Assembly (NCBI RefSeq): GCF_009914755.1
Contig: NC_060942.1
Origin: the human T2T-CHM13v2.0 reference genome, Homo sapiens
Reading direction: 5' to 3' (one strand)
DNA length: 64,000 bases
In this document: positions 40,231 through 51,644 of the stretch, piece by piece
Position numbering within the stretch: the stretch's first letter is position 1
Layout: the number at the start of each line of letters is the position of its first letter
Made by a program: the position numbers and the translations under genes
Notes under the pieces: model-generated
What the model was told of the DNA's origin: nothing
Database searches by the model: none
Seen by the model: only the letters and a program-made list of their open reading frames with translations

Positions 40231-42071
40231 CTGTTTTTTCTTTGTTTTTTCCCTCTTCCATTCATTCCCACCCCCTCCTACACAAGCATACCTCAGAAAA
40301 GTCATACTGTAGCTAAAAGCCAAAACAGCCTATTAAATTTCTTTACTTTTCAGTCTTTCATAAGGCTACATCTCTAGAAGGGGAGGATTCAGGGTACAGA
40401 CCAAATGCCTTGGCCAAAATGTCTTGGCTAGAGGCAATGAGACAGAAAATTTGGGTCACAAAGAAAATGACTTGCCCAGAAGTAAAGGAGAGTGGGAATA
40501 CCCACATCAATCTAGACAGATTTCTCTAGGAAGGGTAATGCGGTGGGATGCCCAGAAGCTTCTCCAGGGAGATGACAAGACCCGATAGAGGAAATAAATT
40601 TTGGAAGTTGGTGCCTCAGGCAGACTTGAAGAAATAGTTCTAGTACTCCCAACAGCAAAGAGCCAATGAATAGCTATGTTAACCAGTACAATGAACATTT
40701 CAGATAAACCTGTGTGGGCAGTTAACAAAAAGACAAGATGGGGCCCTTTACCAAGCTCATCTCCACACATCCTGAGGCCACCACAGAAAGATAAAGGAAC
40801 CCCAAGAAAGACTGAGATTAAAGAATTCAGCCAAAACAGTAGGATTGGGGGCCTGAAGTAAAAATTGAATGATTCTTTCCTGCCATTCCATAAAGGTAGG
40901 AAACTTGACTCTCAATTTCTTTGCCTACCTAAACTTTGAGCAGAGGAACTCATACACAGATATTTAATAATTACTTATTGAATAATGAATGATAACTAGC
41001 AGTAAGATCCAAAAATGCTTTAAGCTTAATCATGGGAAAACCTATTATTACAAGTTAACATTTCATCTCTGAGTATTGGGGATAAAGGTAACAGAGAAAG
41101 GGTCACAGTTACTCACATAATTGACATCAGCTCCGTAGATCGGGGAACTAAACCTGGGATGCTTCACTTATTTCTCAGACTCTGATGCTATTAAAGGTCT
41201 TTAGATGCTTTGTTTCATTCTCTGTGATAGCTGTACTGGGGTGATGACATTTCATCTTGAATGTCTAGAGGCTTGTTAGCAGAGACCGTGTCACCACCAG
41301 GGATCACAGCATTTTTGTGCTCAGTCCTTAGGGCACTGATCTTGGCTGTACAGCTGGACTCAGCAGCAGACGCCACATGGTCTAACATGACAAGCAGCTG
41401 GATCTCCAGCCAACAGGCCGTTATTTTCCTAAAATGAATGGCAGTTTGCAGAGCAGAGAGGGTGTTGCCTTTTTCCTCCATATGTGAAAACAGCTCAACT
41501 TTAGCAATCACAGAGATTTGAAGAGATCAGAAGAGAAAATGGTAGTTTATTTTTGCAACATATAACTAATGTGTCTGTTTAGAGCAGGTGGAAACGAGCA
41601 TCCCAATCTGCCTAATTTAGCTCTACAAAATTGATCTGAGGTTGGATTGAGTTTAATGCAAACATAGAGATAAAAAAGAAGGCAAAACATCTAAGTATAT
41701 AAGTAAACGTTTACATTTAAAGTGTTGTATATAAGTTGTCTATAAACATAATTATCAGTATACCATGCCTTTCACTTTCCCAAAAATCTCTCTTTGTTGC
41801 AAGTCAGTCCTCTGTCACTGAAAGCTGTACATCAGGAAATGAGCAATAGAATAACTGCAGACTTTAGACCCACATTTTCTCTGAGACTTGAAACTATCAA
41901 GAAACTGGCAATTTTGTTTCTTGCAGAAGTAGATGCCTGCCTTGCAATTTGAGCAGTGCTATTGGCAGTTATAGGGACATCTCCTTTATTTCCTGATGAA
42001 AGTAAAATGTCAGCCAGTCAAAAAGGATTTTTTTTTTCCATTTTTTATTGGGCAGTGGCTTATGGCACTTT

Positions 42072-42087
42072 TGGCCACCAGGGGGAG
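42072..42087 (+). promoter_or_regulatory. CTCF core motif
   Basis: TGGCCACCAGGGGGAG versus consensus TGGCCACCAGGGGGCG, in apparently unique sequence. Confidence 0.6.
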
Positions 42088-42789
42088 AAATGCATAGCAT
42101 GCTTTATGTCTGAGTGAATCTTCTGAAACATTGTTTTCAAAAAGTATTCACGCTCTTCACTTCTTGTGACAGCTGAATGAGCAAATATGTTGGAAGGATT
42201 GTTTCTCAAGTAAAATACTCTACATTTTGGAGTTCATTTATTCAAAGCCATTCAAATTTGGTGAAAGGGTCAAGAAGACATGCAAATAGCACATGAAATG
42301 CTTGCATTATAGTTATAGACATGGAAAATTATTTGCAGTTTTGAGTCTTTTGAGGTACAATTATCAAAGGATATTTAGAATGTCAAACAATAAATGGGAG
42401 TAAAACAGTTGTAATTCTGACCAAGGCTGGACAACCTCTGTGTACAATAGAATACTGGATTTCGCTAAGTAGCCCTTCTGTTTCTCTATTGAAAAGAAGA
42501 TAGAAGAAACAAATAATAGAGGCCCTCCATTAGTAAAAGTTTCTACTTGATTTTATGGGGTTGGGTCTAGTGAGAGATATAATGCTTTTGGAGGCTGAAT
42601 AAAAGGATCTCCAGCCATAGTTACATTTGGGATTTTGCATCCTTTTAAACAGAATATATTTTAAGATAAGTTAAGCAGAATAATAAAAGATCTTATCTGG
42701 TTACCAGTGCATTGAAACTATTCCAATTGGAACCATATAGACAAGGACAATGCATCACTTTAGAAAGCACATAGAATCTGACAGAATTA

Positions 42790-43895
42790 AAAATAAATAT
42801 AGTTAAATTTGGGAAAGAGTAGTGTAACAGAAAAAACATCATCGACTGGATCACTAAAACCAAATTCTGGATCTTTGAAAAGACTACAAAATTGTTAAAA
42901 AGAAAAACTTAAGTCTCATCAATAAGAGAAAACAAAATATATCAATAGTATTACCAATAATATCCTTTAACTGCACATAAAGAGGGGATTTACCGTATTA
43001 AAAATATATAAAACATATATAACAATACATTTGAAAACCATACCAAAACTGACTCAAAAATTTTGTAAACCTAAGAAAACATTTTACGTAGATAGGCAAA
43101 GCCTGACAAGGTATACTTCTAAGAAAGAATGAATCCAAATGATTTTGCGGATTTTTCAAAACCATTAAGGAAAAGCCATGTTCTGAATTAGAGAACAGAA
43201 AAAGAGGGAGGGCTTCTCAGTTGATTTTAAAACCTAGCATTGTCTGTGTCCTAAAATAAACTAATGAGAAGGACAAAAAATATATAGTATATGAACACTG
43301 ATGCAAACACACGTGCACACACACACACTATTTTTAAATAGAACAAAGGGATATATTTTAAAATAAACAAAGGGATATATAAAGAGCTTAATGTAAGCTC
43401 TTAAAAATTAAGAATGGAAAAAAAACTTTTTAACCTGATAAATAGTAGTTACCAGAAACCTATAAAAACATCATTTTTATCATTTTCAATGTTAAAATGA
43501 TTAAATGAGATACATTTTAATGTATCTTATTAAAAACATCAGACACAAGATATTTTGGCAACCATTACTAATATTCAGTAATTTTAGTGAAGTAAAGATG
43601 CTTGCCAAAGCAATAACACAAGAAAAAGTAATGTGGAAAACTATATAGAAGATAAAAGCTATGCTAATTTAGATGCTAAGAATTCCTACTTAAATACACA
43701 TGGCAAGAAACAAGATCAACATAGAAAAGCAAGCTTTTTATAGCACAATAATTAGACAATTCAGTTCAAAGAATAAAAACAAGGACCCCATTCAGGGAAA
43801 AATAAAACCATAAAGCATCCAGAAAATAACCTAACAAATGCCAACCTACTTGATGACTATTTTAAAAGTTTACTACAGAACAAAGTAATAAAGAT
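42790..43895 (+). mobile_element. Ancient L1M ORF2 fragment, sense
   Basis: taccaaaactgactcaa, ccaaatgattttgcgga, tgaacactgatgcaaa, acaagatcaacatagaaaa, aacctaacaaa. Confidence 0.7.
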
Positions 43896-43899
43896 AATA

Positions 43900-44834
43900 A
43901 GGTATTTGTAGCCAATACTACCAAACAGTTTTCCAAAGTGGTGGTATAAATTTAGACTCCCTCCATTCCAGTAATATATGAGAGGGCCAGTTTCTCTCCT
44001 GTACTTAATATTGCCTTCATGGTTTTAATTTTCATGTCTTTAATGAGAGATTGAAACGTTTTTCAACTTTCATGGAACTGACTTTTCTACATGGTATAAG
44101 ATAGGACTCAATATTTTCTACCAAACATATATTTTTATGGTTCAGAACCATTTATTTAATAGACCATCTTTTCTCAACTACATTGCAGTGTCTCCTTTCC
44201 TATAAATAGTTCACCACACATGTGAGTCTGTTTTTGGACTCTATTCTGTTTTACTAATCTACTTGTTTATCTTTGAATGAATTTCAGTTTGTTTTAATTG
44301 TAATACCTTTATAGTAGGTCTCCAGATTTAGTAGTGTAAGTCTACCAACTTTATTCTTCTTAAAGACTGTCCTTACTCATTTGGACTTTTTTAGTTTTTA
44401 TATATTTTTTAAAATTAGATTGTCCATTTCAAAAAAGCATGCTTTTTGTAATCTAACTGGGGTTACATTTGATTTAATAATAAATTCAAAGAAAATTAAT
44501 ATATTTAATACATTGAGTCTTACAATATATTTATTTTGTTCCTGATTTCTCTAGGTAATGTTTCATAGATTTCTGTCTACAGGCATTTATAAAAATATAT
44601 TCTATTGATTTATTCCTAGTTATTTAATACTTTTATGCTATTTTAAATAATATGTTTTTCTATTTTATTTTTAGTTGTTTCTTGCTTTGTACAGAAATAC
44701 TATTGACCTTGCATCTAATGGCCTTGCTAAATTGACTTATTGGTCCTAATAGTTTGTTGGTAGAATATTTTGGGTTTTATACATAACAATTATGAGTTTT
44801 AAGTCTTCCTATCCAATTCTCATACTATTTATTT

Positions 44835-44869
<35 letters not shown>

Positions 44870-45660
44870 TTTTATCTGCTTTATGCAATGACAAATCTCC
44901 AAAATAATGTTGAATTGAAGTGGTTATATTGGCAATCTTGTTCTGTTTTTGAGTTCAAGAGGAAAGCTTTCAGTATTTCATTATTACGTTTGATAATGAA
45001 ATATCAAATGCCATTGAGAATTTTCATGGGTATTCTTTAGAATTTTCATGGGTATTCTTTATCAGATTAGAAAAGTTCTATTTATTTACTGGTTACTTTC
45101 CAAGAGTTTTAATCATAAGCAAATATAACATTTTATTAAATGCCTTTTCTGAATTGAATTAATCATCTGATTTTTCTTCTTTATTCAGTTAACGGAGCAT
45201 TACAGTAATTGATTTTCAAATATTAAGCCAAACTTTTGTTACTAGGGCTAACCCATCTTCATTGTTATTATCATTTTTATACATACCAGATTCAATTGAT
45301 TTACTAATCTTTTCCTTGGAATTTTTGTGTCTATGTTTATAAGAAAAATTGCCATGTAATTTTTGTTGGTATCAGTGTTGTGCCAAACTCACAAAATGAG
45401 TTGAGGAGTTCAGCCTATGGAGGATTTATGTAAGTTTGTTGTTATTTATTCTTTAAATAATTGAAAAGATTAACTGCTTATGTCCTTTGTGCCAGGAAAT
45501 TTTCATTATGGGAAAGTTTTTAATAATGAAATCAGTGTCTTTAATAGATAATAGGACTGCTCAAATTTTTTTTATTTCTTTATGTTTTTGTTTTGTTAGA
45601 CTGTGATTTTCAATGATTTTCCCAATTCACCTAAATTTTCAAATTTATGGGTTAAATGTT
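43900..45660 (-). mobile_element. Ancient L1M ORF2 fragment, antisense
   Basis: ccaaacagttttccaaagtgg, tctgtttttggactctattctgtt, ggaaagctttcagtatttc, ggtatcagtgttgtgcc. Confidence 0.8.
44826..44872. repeat. (TTTA)n tetranucleotide microsatellite
   Basis: About 9 tandem ttta units. Confidence 0.9.
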
Positions 45661-46541
45661 CATGTTTATCGCAGCATTCTAGCCAAGTCATGAGTAATTT
45701 TTTACTTGACAGAAATACAATAGCAGTGTCTAAAATCATAAATGGATTCAGTAACCTAGTACAGATTAATGACAGAAGTCCAATAAATCATTTTTTTGCC
45801 TTGCTTAAATATGCAAGCCTAATGCCTTCCCATGTCACTGACACAACAATAATGAATCAATGTGGTGTCACCATCAAAACAAATAAGAAAAATTTTAGCT
45901 AAAAATCAGATACAAAGTTTTGTAGGTGTACATAGACATGGTTCATTCACCTAATACTTCCTTATTTATCTTGCTTTTAGACATGTTGGTGCAATATTAT
46001 TATACTTTTTCATTAAGTACTAAACTCCTCTCAGCATGACAAATTGGAGTTTTCTGTTTCAATACTACACAGTAAATTCAAAGTGTAGTGCCTGCAGAGT
46101 AATCTGTTGAATTGGTGAAAGATTTTTATTCAGTATCAATAGAAGAATTGAGCTTAAGGAGGCAAAATCAATTCACGAGCAACTCTGAATCTTGATTCGT
46201 ATCCAAGTGTTCAGCTCTTGAGCATGAACAATTGTAATCACATACATCCCTGAAATCTTCAGCCACGATGAAAGTTATACTGAATAAGTCATGTTCTACA
46301 GTATCTGTAAATGTAATAGGTGACCTAGGTAGTTTGGCTTATATTCTACAGGGATCTTAAATTATTTCTTTCTCAGCAATTCTTTTCTCCTTATTGTAGC
46401 ACTTTATCTTCATCCATGCCATAGTTAATTTTAAGCTGATTGTTTGCAATAATAATTCGAGGACTTTTTCAGAGATTTAGCTTTCTTGAAAATGAAAGAG
46501 AAAGTTAACAGAAAGTATTCCTAAAATTAATTATCACTTAA

Positions 46542-46976
<435 letters not shown>

Positions 46977-47497
46977 TAGTTTAAAAGACAAAAATTAGTT
47001 TAAAAACTAATGTGTCTTGGGCATTTGCTAATGTAATACCCTAGAAGGAAAAAAATATGTCATGGTAAAATATTATAAGACTATTTCTAATGAAAATATA
47101 ATACTGAGGATTTTTTCCTTTCACTTAAAACCAGTAGGATTCTTATCATTCTGTGCTTCACATTTTTGTAGTTCCAGAAACAGTTATACATGTGTCTGTG
47201 TATAATCACCTAAAAAATTTTCTGAAATAACTATCAGAACTACCAAGAAACCATGAAGCTTGAAGGAGGCTTCTCATCTATGATAGACAATGATCCATTT
47301 AAATGAACATTTAACCCATAAATGGGCATGAAATGGTCTTGGGATCTCTTAGGCCTCTACAGTGTTTTCTAAAAATCACTTTACTTCTGCCTGCATGCAA
47401 AAAAATAAAAAAAAAAAAAAGAACCTTTCTCAGAGGCACATATTTTATGTCTATCTATGGCATCCGCTGCCTCCTCTTGTCATTGTCGTCAGAATTT

Positions 47498-47795
47498 TTT
47501 TTTTTTTTTTTGAGACAGAGTCTTGCTCTGTCACCTAGGCTGGAGTGCACTGGCATGATCTCGGTTCACTGTAACCTCCGCCTCCCAGGTTAAAGCAATT
47601 GTCATGCTTCAGCCTCCCAAGCAGTTGGGATTACAGGGATGCGCCACCATGCCTGACTAATTTTTTTGTATTTTTAGTAGAGATGGGGTTTCACCATATT
47701 GACCAGGCTGGTCTCGAACTCCTGACCTCATATAATCCACCCATCTCAGTCTCCTGAAGTGCTGGGATTACAGGCATGAGCCACCAAGCCAGTCC
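47498..47795 (-). mobile_element. AluS SINE
   Basis: Dimeric Alu with poly-T. TSD CAGAATTT at 47490-47497 and 47796-47803. Confidence 0.96.
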
Positions 47796-49706
47796 CAGAA
47801 TTTCTCCTGATTCTACTTCTGCAATCTCAACCCTTTCTGTTAAATTCATCAAAGAATTGAGGACCCAACTCATTTCCTTCTCTATATCCTTGGAATTATT
47901 TTCTATTGTATTCTCTCCCTGTCAATGTCAATGACAATTATTGTGAGGATTAAAACTAACAATCATAATATTTATATCATCTTTTCCAGGTTCTAAATTG
48001 TATATCCATTATATAATTTGGCTTTCAAAATAACCTCATTTTGTTTTCTTCTTAAAGGAGAAAGAAACAGGCTCAGAGATGTAAAACTTTTTCCAAAGGC
48101 TCCACAGCTTGTACTCAGGTGTGGCTGCATTTAAACCCAGGTTTAGTTGATTCTAAGAGGATATCTATTTCTTTGTACCATGAATCTTTAGAACTCAAAA
48201 ATTCACAGAGAATAATGCTACACAGTTGAATAACAATCAATTTATCTCTGTGTCTCTTTGGTCATGTCATTTGATTTGGGCTTTCCTAATCTAGTTTTCT
48301 TCTTATGCTACATTATTTGGGGAATAGCAGAATAAGAGTTGAAAATGATGTAATGTGGCATATTTTCAGATATAGTACATAATCATAGGTTCAGTGATAA
48401 AGGACAGAAATTTTAGTATTTCAGGTAAGTCTTGGAACATTCCTTTTATTGTGCAGGCATTTATTGAGCATTTACTACGTACATCCACAGAATTTTGAGG
48501 CCAAATTATAAGGAAAACATGATCTCTCCTTCAAGAAACTTATTTTGAAACTTATGAACTACATTCTGTTTGAGCAATAAAAGCATCAAAGGGTCAAGGA
48601 CTTTGTCCTGTTAACCACATATCTCTAGTGTCTCTCTCTGTTCCCTATACAAAGTAGTTATTTGTTAATATTTATTAAATTAATGAATTAATACAGCACT
48701 TCTAAAGTGTGACCCAGAGTCCCCTGGGGGTCCCTGTGTCCCTCTTGCAGGGGTCTATAAAGCAAAACTATTTTAATAATACTAAAACATTTTGTTTCCT
48801 TGTTTTATTCCCTTTCTTTCACCAGTGTACAGTGAGTATTTTTTTAACTTTTATTTTAGTTTCAGAAGATCATGTATAGGATTGTTATATATGTAAATTG
48901 CATGTCAGGGGGGTTAGTGTACAGATTACTCAATCATGCAGGTAAAAAGCATAGTACTTGACAGGGAGTTTTTTGATCCTCACTCTCCTCTCACCCTCCA
49001 CCCTGAAGTAGGTCCCCATGGCTGTGGTTCCCTTCTTTGTGTCCATGGGTACTCAGTGTTTGGCTCCCACTCGTAAGTGAGAATATGTGGTATTTGGTTT
49101 TCTGTTATTATGTTAGTTTGCTCAGGATAATGGCCTCAAGATCCACCTATGTTGCTGCAAAGCACATGATCTCATTCTTTTTTAAGGCTGTGTAGTATTC
49201 CATGGTGTATATGTACCACATATTCTTTACCCAGTCTACCATTGATGGGCATTTACTATTGTGAATAGTGCCGCAGTGAACATAAACATGTATGTGTCTT
49301 TATGGTAGAACAATTTATATTCCTCTGGGTATATACCCTATAATGGGATTGCTGGGTCAAATGGTAATTCTGTTTTAAGTTCTTTGAGAAATGTTCAAAC
49401 TACTTTCCGCAATGGCTGAACTAATTTACATTTCCCTCCAGCAGTGTATAAGTATTCCCTCTTTTCCATGACCTCACCAGCATCTGTTATTTTTTGCCTA
49501 GTCATTCGGACAGGTGTGAGATGGTATCTCATTGTGGTTTTGATTTGTACTTCTCTAATGATTAGCGATATTGAGCTTTCTTTCATGTAGCTTGTTGGCT
49601 GCATGTATGTCTTCTTCTGAAAACTGTCTGTTCACGTCCTTTGACCATGTTTTAATGTTTGTTTTTGTTGTTGTTGTTGTTATTGTTATTTAAGTTCCTC
49701 ATAAAT

Positions 49707-49947
49707 CAAGCTTGTTCAACCCATGGCCCGCAGGGCACATGTGGTCCAGGACAGCCTTAAATGTGACCCAACACAAATTTGTAAACTTTCTTAAAACATT
49801 ATGAGCTTTTTTGGTGATTTTTTTTTCTTTTTTTAGCTCAAAGCTATTGTTAGTATTAGTGTATTTTATGTGCGGCCCAAGAATACTCTTCTTCCAATGT
49901 GGCCCAGGGATGCCAAAAGATTGGACACAGGGGTTTCCAATCTTTTG
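49707..49947 (-). mobile_element. MER30 hAT-Charlie MITE inside L1
   Basis: caagcttgttcaaccc...acacaaatttgtaaactttcttaaaacatt...tggcccagggatgccaaaagattggacac. Confidence 0.9.
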
Positions 49948-50999
49948 CCTTAGATTCTGGATATTAGACCTCTGTCAGATGCACAGTTTGCACATATTTT
50001 TTCTAATTCTGCAAGTTGTCTTTTTACTCTGTTGATAGTTCTTTTGGTGTGCAGAAGCTGTTTAGTTTAATTAGCTTCGAAATGTCCATTTTTGCTTTTG
50101 TTGTAATTGCTTTTGGCATCTTCATCATAAAATCTTTGCCAGGTCCCATGTCCAAAATGGCATTTCCTAGGTTATCTTCCAGGGTTTTTATAGTTTCAGG
50201 TTTTGCATTTCAGTCTTTAATCCATCTTGAGTTGATTTTTGTACATAGTATAAGGAAGGGATTCAGTTTCAATCTTCTGCATATGACTACCCAGTTATCT
50301 CAGCACCATTTATTGAATAGGGAGTGCTTTCACCATTGCTTGTTTTTCTCAACTTTGTTGATCAGATGGTTGGAGGTGTGCAGCATTATTTTTGGGCTCT
50401 CTGTTCTGTCACATTGGTCTATATGTCTGTTTTTGTACCAGTACCATGGTGTTTTAGTTACTGTATCCTTGTAGTAGAGTTTGAAGTCAAGCAATGTGAT
50501 TACTCTAGCTTTGTTTCTTTTGCTTAGAATTGTCTTGGCTATTTGGGCTCATTTTTGGTTTCATATAAATTTTAAAATAGTTTTTTCTAATTCTGTGAAG
50601 AATGCCATTCTAGTTTGATAGGAATAGCATTGAATCTATAAACTGCTTTGGGCAGTATGGCCACTTTAAAAACATTGATTTTTCCTACCCATGAACATGG
50701 AATGTTTTTTCATTTGTTTGTGTCATCTCTGGTTTCTTTTAGCAGATTTGTAATTCTTATTATAGAGATCTTTCGCCCCCTGGTTAGCTGTATGACTACA
50801 TATTTAATTCTATTTTGTGGCTATTGTGAATAGGATTGCAATCTTAATTTGGCTCTCAATTTTTATGTTGTTGGTGTATAGGAATGCTACTGATTTGTAC
50901 ACATTGATTTTGTATTCTGAAACTTTGCTGAAGTTGTTCATCAGATCAAGGAGCTTTTGGGCAGAGACTATGGGGTTTTCTATGTATCGAATCATATTG

Positions 51000-51644
51000 T
51001 GGTAGGAGTTATTAAGAAATTATTTTAGTCAGATAGAAAGGAAAAGGGGTCCTTAGAAAGTTGTTTCTTTTAAAGCAGCTCCAGAAATGATTTTTGTCTA
51101 GCAGGAAAGCCCCGGCTTTTAGAGCCAGGCCGGTAACCTTTGATATGCAAATGCAGGCCATTAGAAACTGGGTCCACCCAAACATGGCAATTCCCATGGC
51201 CTTCTTGCCCTTTCCCCACATGTTCCTGGCAACATGTCCACCCCCACGTATTCCCACATGCTTAGAACATCATGGCGCCCTGCATTTGCATATTTAAAGG
51301 CTAGGGTGGGAGGGCTAGCTTTTCCAGAGCTATGTGAATGACATGCCTGGTCAAACCAATCCCCTGAGCCCTATGCAAATCAGACCAGACATCACCTCCT
51401 CCAGCCTCTGCATATATACCTAGCTGGTGTCCACCACGCTTGGAGTTCCCTCTCTCGGCTTTGGAGCCCCCCTCCCTCTGTCTCTGTACCGGGGAGCTGT
51501 TTCCTTCTCCCTTCCTTCTTGCCCCTTCTTGCCTATTAAATTCTCTGCTCTTTAAAACCACTCCATGTGTGTCCGTGTCATTTTATCTAAACTGTCACGA
51601 GGACCAAGAACCCTGATGTTCCTCCACTCAGTGGAGCCGTATCA
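51000..51644 (+). mobile_element. ERV1 solo LTR, LTR9B-like, inside L1
   Basis: ggtaggagttattaagaaattatttt...ggagccgtatca, about 645 bp, interrupting the L1 sequence aatcata|tcatcagcaaacaggg. Three octamer motifs; ATTAAA at about 51535. Confidence 0.85.

Noticed and set aside
42790-45660. Opposed L1M fragments as a twin-priming inversion
   Set aside because: Both pieces appear to cover overlapping ORF2 regions and meet tail-to-tail, which fits two independent insertions better.
49395-50995. ORFs with L1 ORF2p similarity
   Set aside because: Short broken fragments of a 5'-truncated, interrupted L1; not functional.
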